Shown here: piece after piece, positions 14,112-27,100 of the stretch
How the letters are laid out: each line of letters begins with the position of its first letter
How positions within the stretch are numbered: position 1 is the stretch's first letter
DNA from: Octopus sinensis
Taxonomy: Eukaryota
Direction of reading: 5' to 3'
NCBI RefSeq assembly: GCF_006345805.1
Contig: NC_042999.1
Span: forward strand, 54,994,001 to 55,058,000
Length of the DNA stretch: 64,000 bases
Notes under the pieces: model-generated
The model's database searches: none
What the model was told of the DNA's origin: nothing
The model's input: only the letters and a program-made list of their open reading frames with translations
Translations under genes and position numbers: made by a program

Positions 14112-14987
14112 GTCTGTATGATATTTTTTCAGCTTTTTACTTCACCAAATATATTGTTCAAATTGTGAACTCTTTCCAAGAAAGTTTATTTTTTTACCAG
14201 TTCCAACCAGATAGTGGTGGCCATACTACAGCACAACCCTAGATAATTTTGTAAACAGCATTCTGTGTTTGATAAACTGCTGCCCTCGCATATCATTGGA
14301 TGTGATTGAGGTCGATCTAAGATCTTTTATCTGGCACTCCTCCGTCAGTTATTCCAGGTGTTTCAGTTGATCCGATCAACAGAGCAGCTTACCCATGAAA
14401 TTAACATGCAAGTGGCTGAGTACTCCACAGACACACGTACCCTTAACATAGTTCTCAGGGAGATTCAGCTGTATGCAGAATGGGTCAAGCCTGGCCCTTT
14501 GAAATGCAGGTACAATTCACTTTTACCAGCTGAGTGGACTGGAGCAATGTGAAATAAAGTGTCTTGTTTAAGGACACAGCATGCCACAAGGAATCAAACA
14601 TATGACTTTATGATCATAAGCAAACAGCCTAACCACTGAGCCACTAAGCCTTCACTATAACATATGGCTTAGTGGTTAGGGCATTCTCCTGAGCTCTTTC
14701 ACACTTCTTAAACCCCTACATTTACAAATATTATTTCAACACTTACATAATCCTCTTATTTCACTGCTCCTTGCACAGCAGGTTATCTCCGGTGACCTCC
14801 CCCACCCAACTAGCCTCTATCATATGTTTTTCTTTTCCTTCTCTGTTTTCCTCTTTCTCATTTCTATGCTTTTCTTCTGATGAAGGACTCGTGTTTAAAA
14901 CATTAAGACTCTTCCTCTTATTTTTAAGCATTAAGCTAGAACAGAATTATCCTTCCCATGTTGTCTTTCTTTTTGTTCATTTACAGC

Positions 14988-15455
14988 ACATTATTTACAT
15001 TTGACAGATATTTGTCCTCATTTTGTTTGTTGTTAACACAACGTTTCAGCTGATATACCCTCCAGCCTTCATCAGATGTCTTGGGGGAAATTTCAAACCT
15101 GGGTTCTCATTCCTATGGTATTTTTCGATGTTACTATTATCATTGTTCAGGTCACTGCCTGGAATCGAACTCGGAATCTAGTAGCCCACAAGCATATAGC
15201 ATAGTGGTTAAGAGTGCGGGCTACTAACCCCAAGATTCTGAGTTCGATTCCAGGCAGTGACCTGAACAATAATAATAATTATAACATTGAAAAATACCTT
15301 AGGAATGATAACCCAGGTTCAAAATTTCCCCAAGACACCTGATGAAGGCTGGAGGGTATATCAGCCGAAATGTGTTAACAACAAACAAGATGAGGACAAA
15401 TATCTGTCAAATGTAAATAATGTACATAATTCCTCGTCTCTTAAATATCGAACTG
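14988..15455 (+). mobile_element. tRNA-headed SINE-like element with HHR tail, preceded by an inverted truncated copy (locus 1)
   Basis: A box TAGCATAGTGG and B box GAGTTCGATTCC at about 15197-15250; (AAT)n linker; HHR-like motif 15334-15376; tail ends ...CTTAAATATCGAACTG; inverted arm about 14988-15187. Confidence 0.8.
15035..15080 (-). ncRNA. Minimal (dimer-type) type I hammerhead motif with intact core
   Basis: GACAU-CUGAUGA-A-GGCUG(GAGGGUAUAU)CAGCU-GAAAC-GUU-GUGUU. Helix I is GACAU/GUGUU and helix II is 5 bp. Helix III has no loop but carries the palindrome AACGUU, as in PLE-associated HHRs that cleave as dimers. Confidence 0.65.
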
Positions 15456-15753
15456 TAGATCTGATCTGTTTCGATATGCTCATCCAGGAATAACCGACCT
15501 GATGGTAACTGAGGATTAAATTCAAATATACATCTAAATTATTGAACATTATCGTGTCTCTAAAGATTAGATCAATTATCCAAAACCTGCATAATCTTCT
15601 ACATTTGTTTATATCTTCTTATTGGCAACATTAGAAATCACTGAGAAATGTATGAATGCCACCACTTCTTGTTTCTCCATGCCTAACATGGAATTTGTTG
15701 TCTGAATAAAAGCCAATGTCTTATGTTTTATTTTATTTTCCTTCTTTTACCAG

Positions 15754-15879
15754 AATGTGAACCAGGGACCTTTGGTTTACACTGTCAAGAGAAATGTGAC
15801 TGTGCTTCTTATGGCTGCAACCCAGTCACAGGGGAATGCAAATGTCCCTCAGGATACACTGGACCCAGGTGTGAAACAG
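15754..15879 (+). CDS. MEGF6: MEGF6-like exon, one EGF-like repeat
   Basis: Long pyrimidine tract + cag| acceptor and |gtaaat donor; 126 nt, phase 1-1; CEPGTFGLHCQEKCDCASYGCNPVTGECKCPSGYTGPRCET. Confidence 0.92.
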
Positions 15880-16583
15880 GTAAATATATTTTCACTTCAC
15901 TGAACCAGTGGTGGTGGTGGTGGTGGTGGAGGAGGTTGTGATAATGATGGCGATGATAATAGAGACAGTAGTATTGATGGTGGTGGTGCTGATAATCGTA
16001 ATGATGGTTGTTGTTGATGATGATGATGATACTGACAATGATGATGGCGGAGGTGATGGTGATGACTCTAAGAAGTAATGATGATGATGATGATTTGAGT
16101 GTAACATTGGTACAAGACCACAACATTAAGCAATATAGTTGCCTTGTATAAAGATGAAAAGCTGGTAGAATTGGTGGTACAGCGGGCAAAGTGCTCAGCA
16201 GCATTTCATCGGCTTCTGCATCCCGAGTTCAAATGCCACCATGGTTGATTTCACCTTCCATACTTTTAGGGTTGATGTAATCACTTGTCCCCTCCCCCAA
16301 AACTGTTGGCCTTGTGCCAAAATTTAAAACCTTGTGTGAACTTCAGTATATTACTGGTACTCTATCAAGCCCAAAAACTGAAAGGCCAAGCCAAGTTGGA
16401 TGGGATTTGAAAGTAGGAAAAGAATTTCACTAAATACCACAAGGCATTTTGTCCAATACTCCAGTAATTTGATCAATTCACCACCATGAGGATGATGATA
16501 ACAGTGATTGCTATAAGCAATAGTAGGGGTGATGATGATGATGATAAGTAGACCATCTCCCTATTTCTCTTTTTTTATTCCAG

Positions 16584-16718
16584 CATGTTCTGAAGGACGC
16601 TATGGTCCAAACTGTCGCTACGTCTGTGAGTGTGACAACTCTGGAACGTGTGACCCCATGTCAGGTCACTGTAACTGCCTAGACGGTTGGATTGGTGCTA
16701 AATGTGAACTCACAACAG
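16584..16718 (+). CDS. MEGF6: MEGF6-like exon, last EGF-like repeat
   Basis: ttttattccag| acceptor and |gtattt donor; 135 nt, phase 1-1; CSEGRYGPNCRYVCECDNSGTCDPMSGHCNCLDGWIGAKCELTT. Confidence 0.92.
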
Positions 16719-16959
16719 GTATTTATCTACACAACATTTCATTGCTTTCCTTTTCTTTTCAGCTTTAACTTGTCCCAGGAGACTTTTCTTGCTCTTGGTC
16801 TGGTCTGTGGTGGTGACTGGTTGAGGAATGGGGTTGCATGTAGGAGTAATTGAACAATACTCGTGAGCATTTAACAGAATATTTTATTATCGCACATAAG
16901 GACGAAGTACATTGACCTTTAACAGATAGCAACAACAAAGAAATGAAGCTGGTATCTTC

Positions 16960-17400
16960 CTTGGATGTGAGGTGTCGGTGTGTATGTGCAACAGAGTGTA
17001 AGCATCTTGAGAGAAAAGTTGAGCGTAAAAGCATCAGCTGTATGCAAGAGAGATGACTGTGCCTGTAAGGCAATGTGATGCACAGAGACAGGGACAGAAG
17101 TGCTGATCTCTAGCTGTGGAGGGAACTTGTGGTAGAGGTAGACCCAGGAAGACATGGGATGAGGTAATGAAGCATGATCTTCGAATGTTGGGACCCATAG
17201 AGGCAATGATAGGTGAACGAGTCCTTTGGAGATGTGCCTTGGTCAAGAAGGCTTGTCAAGTGAAATCGTACTCGTGGTCAATGCTGGTGTCATATAATTG
17301 GCACCTGTGCCAGTGACATGTAAAAAAATAACTTTCAAGTGTTGAGCCTAATGGTGGCAAGGTGGTTGATGCTGGTGGCACATGAAATGCACCTTTCAAG
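16960..17400 (+). mobile_element. RTE LINE 3' fragment
   Basis: VEGTCGRGRPRKTWDEVMKHDLRMLG...LWRCA, the RTE C-terminal motif, followed by the RTE-type tail. Confidence 0.8.
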
Positions 17401-17669
17401 TGTTGGGGCTCATTATGTATAATGTTAAGAACCTGGCTAAATCCTTCTTTAGTATACTAGACTCTAACTTCCCTCGACAACATAAATATCATTCTATCTT
17501 TAATAGATCCTCCTTCAAATTATCTCATTACGCAAAAAGTTTATATATGTTTATGTATTTGTGTGTGCATATGTGTGTATATGTATATATGTATACTTTA
17601 TTTAAAGCAGCAAAAACATTCAAAACCTTTTACTCTGACTTTCCCGTTGCCGTTCATCGGACAGTTTTT

Positions 17670-18300
17670 GTGCATATATATATATGTGTGTGTATATATG
17701 TATATATATATGTGTGTGTGTGTATATGTGTAAGTGTGTATGTATGTATATATGTGTATATATATGTGTGTGTATGTATGTATGTGTGTGTATGTATGTG
17801 TATGTATGTATATATGTGTATATATATGTGTATGTGTGTATGTTATTGTGTGTGTGCATGTATGTGTATGTATGTGTGTGTGTATGTGTATGCATGTATG
17901 TGCATGTATGTATGTGCATGTATGTGTATGCATGTATGTGTGTGCATGTATGTGTGTGCATGTATGTGTGCATATGTGTGTGTGTGTATGTGTTGGCATG
18001 TATGCGTGTTTGTGTATGTCCGTGTGTGTGTGTGTGTATGTGTGTGTATCTATGTATGTATGTTTGTGTGTATGTATATATGTGTATGTATTTGTGTGTG
18101 TGTATGTTTGTATGTGTGTGTATGTGTATTGTGTGTGTCTGTGCATGTATGTGTGTGTATATGTATGTATGTATATATATATATGTTTATATATATATAT
18201 ATATGTATGTATATATGTCCATTTATGCGTGCCTTTCCTTCATTGGACACTAACCTCTGCTTGCAAAGAATTGTTGAGGCAAGTGAAATGTGTGTATGTA

Positions 18301-18332
<32 letters not shown>

Positions 18333-18440
18333 TGTGTGTGTATGTATGTGTGTGTATGTATGTATGTGTATATGTATATATATGTATATATATGTATGTA
18401 TATATATATATGTTTATGTATATATATGTATATATGTCCA
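17670..18440. repeat. Compound (TG/TA/TATG)n microsatellite field containing a duplicated ~77-bp unique island
   Basis: The island ATATGTCCATTTATGCG...GCAAGTGAAAT occurs at about 18212 and 18432. Confidence 0.9.
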
Positions 18441-18673
18441 TTTATGCGTGCCTTTCCTTCATTGGACACTAACCTCTGCTTGCAAAGAATTGTTGATGCA
18501 AGTGAAATCCAAATCAAATTCGATGACTGGCATCTGTGCCAGTGGACCGCTAAGAGAACCATATGAGTGAGATCGTTGCCAGAGCAAGAAGCTGGCCTCC
18601 GTGCCGATGGCACGTTAAAAACACTATTCGAGCTTGATCATTACCTGCTTCGCCTACTAGCAATTGTGCTGGT

Positions 18674-18837
<164 letters not shown>

Positions 18838-19339
18838 AATAAAGACTCTTTCTTTCAGTTTTCTCTTGATTTCATTCGGATTGTATAGCTTATGAAATGG
18901 AAATATTATAAACCATGTGGATCTGGGTTCAGTTCCACTGCATGGCACCTTGGACAAGTGTCTTCTATATATATAGCCTTGGGCTGACCAAAGCTTTGTG
19001 AGTGGATTTGGTAGATGGAAACTGAAAGAAGCCCGTCGTATATATATATATATATATATATATGTTTATATATGTGTTTGTGTGTCCATGTTTGTCCTTC
19101 CCAACATTGCTTGACAACTGATGCTGGTGCTTTCACATCCCTTTAACTTAGCGTTTCGTCAAAAGAGATCGATAGAAAAAGTACTAGGCTTACAAAGAAT
19201 AAGTCCTGGGGTCGATTTGCTCGACTAAAGGTGGTGCTCCAGCATGGCTGCAGTCAAATGACTGAAACAAGTAAAAGAGGAAAGTGTAAATAAATATATA
19301 TATATATATATATGTATGTATATACATATGTATATGTAT

Positions 19340-20240
19340 GTATCTCTAAGATGACCATCTCCAGGTAATCTTGTCTCAGATAAAGCAACGATGTCAAGAT
19401 CATAGCGTTGAAGCTCCTTCGCAACAAGCGCAGTCCTTCTTTCAGGACATTCAGAGGACTTGCGGTCAAGCAGTGTCCATACATTCCAACAGCCAATATT
19501 CACTATTTTCTTTGGTTCTATCACAGTAGCATGATGACGGCCGGGTTCAACTGTGATGCTCTGGAGCCCCTGCCGGGCCAGACTCTTTCAGCTGATGTGG
19601 TTCCAGAGTCCTTACTGCCATTTATTTTTATAATGTTTTGGTACATCATTAATTTTTTGCTTTTTAAGGCTACAGCCAACCATTCAGTTGAGACTCACAG
19701 CACTATCAACAATCATGAATTAGTTAATCAATTTAATCAATCCAATGTAGCTATCGTGCAATGCCTGTGCAAAAATATTTTTTTTAAAGTGAGGAAAGGC
19801 TGTGCACTGAGTCAATCCCACTCACTAAGCAACAGCAGCCATAATCCGAAAAGAAGAACAAGTCAACATCATCGGTAACCACTGAGCTGCAGGTTTTATG
19901 TCGGAGTTATCCCATTTACCTGAGTTACCTTCGCCTAGAAGGATGCCCTAACAAAGGCTAGGAGTCCTTCACTCCCAATGGTTTAACCGCGCGATTGGGT
20001 ATTCAGTCCGATTATTTCTATGCCCCTGTGCATGATACAGCCTTAAGAAAACAAAACATTTATTGGATGGCCGTTGACTCTCAAGTTCCTCCGCCCTTTG
20101 ACGGGTTTTGTTTTTCATCCCGCAGGGTGTCCAATAAACACCCTCCTCACCAAGCAACCTTAGTGGGGTTGCCTGTTTAGTCGCTGACGACCCGACCATG
20201 CAACAGGTTGTACTGGGTTACATGTTACCAGTAGCACTAG
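19340..20240 (-). mobile_element. RTE (BovB-like) LINE, 5' end with APE endonuclease N-terminus
   Basis: IVNIGCWNVWTLLDRKSSECPERRTALVAKELQRYDLDIVALSETRLPGDGHL; ends at a (TA/CA) microsatellite. Confidence 0.8.
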
Positions 20241-20844
20241 GAAGTGACCAGCTGGGCTAAAAGGTCACATTCGATCACAGCACCAGTAACAGTTAAGCTT
20301 CTTGCAATGGCCATACTCGATAATGAGGGGGCAGCCATAATATGTATGTATATACATGTGTATATGTATAAATGTGTATGTATATACATGTGTATGTATG
20401 TATGTATATATGTGTGTGTGTGTATGTATGTATATACATATATATATATACACATGTATATATATATGTGTGTGTGTGTGTATAAATGCATACATATGTA
20501 TACATTTTATATAGATATATATATACACACACACACATATGTATATATGTATGTATATGTCTATGTGTTTATATATATATAGTTAATTTTTAAAAAAAAA
20601 CAAGGAATGAACACAAGACAAAAACAACAAAGCGGGGATGTGGTACGTGCAAGGTATCAGCAGACATTCAGGCAAGGAAAGAAAGATGCTTTGGTACTTT
20701 TCAAAGTTTGATAAGTACAAACACCCAAAAGTCTCAGCCCTAGAGTTACTCTGTTGCTTCTACTAAATATTGTGTCACCTGACTGACTCCTCATGCTGGT
20801 GGCACGTAAAAAGCACCATTCAAACATGGACAATGTCAGTCTTG

Positions 20845-22118
20845 CATTCGGTAGTCACCTCTCTCGGTACCCGACGGGCACACACTTTTGAAAAGCCAAG
20901 TGATTTGACAATGTTGTAAGCACTTCCATGGCTCACTTCAATGTTTACTGCCAACTCATCAAGAGTTAAGCGCCTGTCTTCTCTGATCAGAGCATCTGCT
21001 TTTGATTAATTGGCAAAATTCACAGAAGCAGACAGACAGATGGACGGACAGACGGCCAGAACGGGGTTTATTGGCTACACTCACATTTCCCACCTTTCCA
21101 TCTTTCAGACGACGGACCCACCTGCATACATTGCTATAATCTAAAGTATTGTCCTCAAAACCATTTTGTAATCGTCAGTAAATGTTCATAGGGGTCTCCC
21201 CCTCAGCAACAAGAATTTCCATCTTTCAGACGACGGACCCGCCTGCATACATTGCTATAATCTAAAGTATTGTCCTCAAAACCATTTTGTAATCGTCAGT
21301 AAATGTTCATAGGGGTCTCCCCCTCAGCAACAAGAATTTCCATCTTTCAGACGACGGACCCGCCTGCATACATTGCTATAATCTAAAGTATTGTCCTCAA
21401 AACCATTTTGTAATCGTCAGTAAATGTTCATAGGGTCTCCCCCTCAGCAACAAGAATTTCCATCTTTCAGACGACGGACCCGCCTGCATACATTGCTATA
21501 ATCTAAAGTATTGTCCTCAAAACCATTTTGTAATCGTCAGTAAATGTTCATAGGGGTCTCCCCCTCAGCAACAAGAATTTCCATCTTTCAGACGATGGAC
21601 CCGCCTGCATACATTGCTATAATCTAAAGTATTGTCCTCAAAACCATTTTGTAATCATCAGTAAATGTTCATAGGGGTCTCCCCCTCAGCAACAAGAATT
21701 TCCATCTTTCAGACGATGGACCCGCCTGCATACATTGCTATAATCTAAAGTATTGTCCTCAAAACCATTTTGTAATCGTCAGTAAATGTTCATAGGGGTC
21801 TCCCCCTCAGCAACAAGAATTTCCATCTTTCAGACAACGGACCCGCCTGCATACATTGCTATAATCTAAAGTATTGTCCTCAAAACCATTTTGTAATCAT
21901 CAGTAAATGTTCACAGCAACAAGAAATTCAATCACTGCTCTTTGTTTTTGACATAACTCTAAGGGGGCAGCGATTTTCAATTTTCCTCACCAGTCTGAAA
22001 ACCTGAAAAGTAAGAAACAAAATATTTCAGAATGTAACAGGGAAAAGTTTCAGTTATTTTTATCAAAAACTTCACATGAAATAAATAAATTGACATCACT
22101 TTTTGACTCACCCTCATA
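20845..22118 (-). mobile_element. Mariner transposon 5' part with an internally amplified HTH segment
   Basis: TIR-like TA|TGAGGGTGAGTCAAAAAG at 22118; ORF QKQRAVIEFLVA(EGETPMNIY*RLQNGFEDNTLDYSNVCRRVRRLKDG)n KVGNVSVANKPRSGRP...ALIREDRRLTLDELAVNIEVSHGSAYNIVKSLGFSKVCARRVPRE. Confidence 0.85.
21098..21925. repeat. 121-bp tandem repeat, about 7 copies
   Basis: Units start at 21098, 21219, 21340, 21460, 21581, 21702 and 21823; very few differences; the last unit lacks about 15 bp. Confidence 0.97.
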
Positions 22119-22262
22119 CATCTGTTTTTGTTGTAACTTGATAAATGATTCAAATAGGTTATCAAAATATGACAAAACTTTCAACTCAACATTGTAATGT
22201 TTGTTAATTTCATTTAAATTTGATGTAATTTCCTAAGATTTGCAATTTCTTATTTTTTGCAG

Positions 22263-22318
22263 AAACTTCAGGCACGCGGCGTGGAGATGTACATTGGACT
22301 GACCACTATAGCAAGTAG
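22263..22318 (+). CDS. MEGF6: Probable terminal coding exon of the MEGF6-like gene (ETSGTRRGDVHWTDHYSK*)
   Basis: tattttttgcag| acceptor; phase 1 continues the frame of exon 16584-16718; CpG-retaining unique sequence; stop TAG at 22316-22318; RGD codons at 22280-22288. Confidence 0.72.
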
Positions 22319-24131
22319 CAGAACATGACTTTCAAACTGAGACAGATGTGATAGCATAACCTACATATCTTGTACAAAATGCTTGACCGCCAGATCAAAT
22401 TTGACAGCAGGCAGTGGACATCAAGAAGAACATATGACAAACAGCCATGGCATACACACACACATAGATTACACAGCACACACACTCACCATAAAGACTC
22501 AGTCACAGACACACACACACACACATGTATGTATGCAGACACACACAGATTGGAAAAGTCTTTTTGTGGAAGACCTTGGATTCTTATGGAACCATTTTTG
22601 TTACCAAACCACTGCCACCTCAAAAGGAGATTAAAAAAAAACTGATTTCCATAAAAAATACTTCCTCTGATAAGTTACTCTCTATATATGTGTGTATATA
22701 AGTATGCATTTATATACACTTGCATACATATAGTGTGTATAATTTATATATATATAAGCATATACAAAAATGTGTGTATATATATAAAAACGTGTATATA
22801 TAAATTTGTATATATATTTATATAAAAGCACATATTTACACATTTTCATAAAAGTAAATATGTACATGTATATATAATATATATATATCTTCATTCATAT
22901 ATAAAATAAAATGTATATATACATATTAATACGTGTATATATGCATACGTATATAAATGTATAAATACATATAAATATGTGTATGTATGTGTCTGCATAC
23001 ATATATAAATGTATATATGTGTGTGTGTGTATAATTTTATATATATCATACAAATAGTTATGGTTTTTTTTTTTACTCAATAATACTGTTATTTTTTTTT
23101 TTTTTTTAAACAAAAAAAAAAACAACAATGGCGTATAAAATAACCCAATTCACTTTCTGAAAGTTTCTATCTACAAAAAAAAAAACTGTAAAAAACAACA
23201 ACAAACAATAATGCTTAAAACAAAAAAAAACTATGAAACAAACGATTAAAAACTTAATTTAACACAGAACAAAACTGAAAAAAAAAATATTGAGGAAAAA
23301 ACAAGAATGTATTATATTATCAAAAATTATTTGTATTATTGACAAATTATATTATTGAAAAATTATATTATCGAGAAAAAAGAAAATAGTGTGTAAGAAT
23401 TGATTTTAAAATCTTGACAGAGAAGTTTCTGAGAAATTGTATAGAAAATATGAGAGAAATAATGATGAGGGCAACAACAAGGGCAACAATAACAACTGCC
23501 TGCCTTTAAATCAGAGTCTCTTATCTTAAAAAGCTGAAGGATAGACTATAAAATAATGTAGTTGTAGGGGACCTTTTTAAATACGGGATGGTCACAGCTG
23601 GAATGTCTTTGATCATAAGGCACCTGCTCAATCAGAGCAGATCTGGGGGTTAAACAGCAATAACATGGTAAAGGATCGGCAAATCGGGTATTGAAACAAT
23701 ACCTGGTGGTTGTGATATGAAGGGGTGGGGGACTTATTTCCATCATCATCAACACCATAGCAGAAAACAAGAGTAATAACACTCCGCCGCCACCCAAATT
23801 TTCTACAAATGCTCCAAGAAATTGGGTGACATCAGCGACACACAGACACACACACACATGCCCACACCTCTCAACACTTGACACAAGCCACCTCCCTGAA
23901 TGCTGTACTCCCTCACTCTCAAGAGGTCTTCTTTCACAAATTCCTTGCTGACCTCCCTAGCATCAGTGGAGCAAGAAAAAGAAAAAAAAGTAAACCACTC
24001 ACTACATTCTGTAAAGTGGTTGGCACCTAGCCTTAGAAACCATGCCAAAGTAGACATTGGCACTCAACACAGTCTGAGCTTGTCGGATTCTGTCTAACCA
24101 CCTTGTTACCATGACATATGGCCGTTAAATG

Positions 24132-24162
<31 letters not shown>

Positions 24163-27100
24163 CATCATCATCATTGTTTAATGTCCATCTTCCATGCATG
24201 CATGGCTAGGATGAATGACAGGAGCCAGTCAGGTAGAAAAACTACCCAAGGCTACTGTGTCTGTTTTAGCAGGGATTTTACAACTGGATATTCTTCCTAA
24301 CACCAACCACTCTGTCAGGCTCACAATCATGAGGTTGTGAGTTCCATTCCCGGACTGGGCTGCATATTGTGTTCTTGAGCAGGACACTTTATTTCACATT
24401 GCTCCAGTTCACTCATCTGTAGAAATGAGTTGCGACGTCACAAGTGTCAAGCTGTATTGGCCTTTGCCTTTCCCTTGGGGGCTGGTATGCATGGTTGACT
24501 TTGCCTAGACTTGTGCCTTGGAGGGGAACTTTCTAGGTGCAATCCCATGGCCATTCATCACTAAATAGGGTCTTTCTATATAATGTGTGTGTAAAAAAAC
24601 ATACATACACAAATACATATATAGTCATCTAGAAACTTATATATTTGTCAGAAAAGCGGGCATATTAATCTAGATCCCTTTAAGATGGTTTTTTTTAGAA
24701 TTGGCTAATAATACTGTATTGAGTGTGTGTTTATTGAATCAAAAGTTGGAAGTTTACTTGCCCTAAGCCAGAGTGTTCATAGAGCAAAACTTTGAGTAGA
24801 TAAAATTACATAGAACCATTAATTGTTCTGGAGAAGCTATAAGATGTTGCACAAGAACTCACCTTAGAATGCACTGCTTCTTATAGCAGAAACAGTTGTT
24901 AGCCAATGAAGTTGATTTGATTATTAATATGCTCTGTACTCAAATCTTTACTCTAAAACATGAGTATCTTGAGTTCTAACAACTGGCTGGCTGGGTATTA
25001 GTATCACTATGCCTAATATTGATTGATATCAATCTCTACAGCCGCATGTTACACTGGCCATGCCATTCCCACCTCAGACGACCAACTCACCTCTCCTCTC
25101 TCTCTCTCTCTCTCGCTCTGGCAGCCCAGCTAAACATGTCATATCTCTCCCATCAACCATATCGTAACTATTACCCTGCTGCTAACATCACTCTAGCTGC
25201 CCCACCTCGTGCACCTCTTCTCTTCGAACCCCTCCAAGCGTTACAGTTGTTGGCCTACATCCCTCACTTTCCCAGTCCCCCTCTCTCATCCCCACCTACT
25301 ATTACTCGCCTTGTATCTGACCCCTGGACACCTCATCACTGCTATTTATCTCTTTGGAAATGCCTCCAATTCATTATCGCTATTTTTCTCCTAAATATGA
25401 GTAGCCACAGAACTCTTCTACAAGAATCTGCTCCACTTCACCCCCTTCTCTCATAATTCAACCCCCTATAACACAAGGGCACACCGAACTTCCTTGAGTT
25501 TTGTAGATTCTCAAACTTTTGGAAATTTCAATAGTGTGACACAAAAAAAGGGGACCCAGTGTACACTGCAAATTGGTTGGCACTAGGAAGGACGTCCAGA
25601 CATAGAAACCATACCAAGGCAGACACTGGAGTGCAATGCAGTTCTTGGATACATCAGACTTTTGTCAAACCATCCACCATATTCTAGCATGGAACATGGG
25701 TATTAAATGATGATGATCATCATCACACACACACATATTTACACATGTCTATGTTTTCAAATGAGATGAGAGCATTCAATACAGGTGTAGAATTCCTGTT
25801 TAGGAATCCATTGAATGTTTACCGTTACTCAGAGTATGCATGGATGTGTTAATAAATGAGATTATTTCATCATCAAAGCAAAAGGCTTCATGCAGTTGAT
25901 GAAATCAGCCAATTTACCAACGTTATAGTTATATAGATTGTTGCTTAACCTCCAGTCAACCTTCAGCACCGAGCAGACATGTGATCAAAGAGGATCCTGC
26001 CAAAACCATCTCAAAGTTGTTTTTTTTTTAGATATGGTGTATCTTGGAAAATACTTTCTAATGTCCCTTTTAAGACATTAAGGCATGATTTGAGGGAGAT
26101 CTGGCTGGCTGCCATTGCCGGCAGGACAAACAACTATAAACATATTGTCTGTGGGTGTTCCCAGGGCTATTGTGTTAGCTCCAGCTGGGACTACACAACA
26201 ACATCACAGAATCAACAATACATAGATCAACAGACTTGCAAGAAATAGCAGCCACATCTCTCAAATCATATCTGCTACCCTGGAAAGTGAAGAATCTTTT
26301 GTTGTTTATTGTAGTTCTAGATACGTATAAATTAAAGAAAGGTTGGTCATAGCTGGAAGGGTGTTGATTACTAGATCAGAACAGACCTGGGCTTAAATAA
26401 CTGAAGATTTGTTTCATATCCAAGATTCCATTTTTAACCAAATCCTGTGAAAAAGATGTAAAGAAATGAAGGCTCTAGAGCAGCTGTTCTCAACTGCAGC
26501 TCCCAGGGACGCATGTGGCCCTCACGCATCCTTCCAGTGGTCCCTAACAGAGTCTTCCCTCTATAAATATAATAAATTTTTCTTTAATTGACTTGTGTTG
26601 TTTTCGGTGTAGCTCCCTAAAAAATATCTAGGTTTTGGACCTAGCACAGACCTTAAAAAGGTTGAGAATCACTGCTCTAGAGAGACAGGGAACAACATTG
26701 GCAGGATCAGAAAAGCATCAAAGAATGTTATGCAGTATTTAGTTATCTCCCTTTATGTTCGGAGTTCAAATCCTGCCTTGATCGACTTTACATCATCATC
26801 ATCACCATTAAACCTACATTTCTCCATGCTGGCATCATGGGTTAGGTGGTTGGACAGGGGCCAAAGAGCCACAGAACTGCACTATTCTCCAATGTTTGTT
26901 TTGACATGATTTCTATGGCTTGATGCCTTTCCTAATGCCAACCACTTTACAAAGTGTACAGGGTGTTTTTCTTATGTGGCACCAGCACCAGTGGGGTAAC
27001 CAAGTAAGTTGCAAGAAAAGAACCATTCAGCTGAAGATGATAGGAATAGTACTGAGGGTGGCTTAAAGTACGAAATCAAGACGGGTACAGATGTCTTGCT

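Noticed and set aside
15197-15260. tRNA gene calls for A/B-box sequences (also 30565, 54591 and others)
   Set aside because: No acceptor stem or cloverleaf, and each continues into a repeated SINE body.
21098-21925. CRISPR-like or protein-repeat interpretation of the 121-bp array
   Set aside because: No unique spacers and a eukaryotic context; the period is not divisible by 3 and each unit has a stop.
22905-22910. AATAAA as the poly(A) signal of the EGF gene
   Set aside because: Embedded in AT-rich microsatellite sequence with many similar hexamers; cannot be singled out.
23760-23990. Exon-like GC-richer segment (minus frame STDAREVSKEFVKEDLLRVREYS)
   Set aside because: Ambiguous strand, weak donor, an interrupting CA repeat and no recognisable product; may be 3' UTR of the EGF gene.
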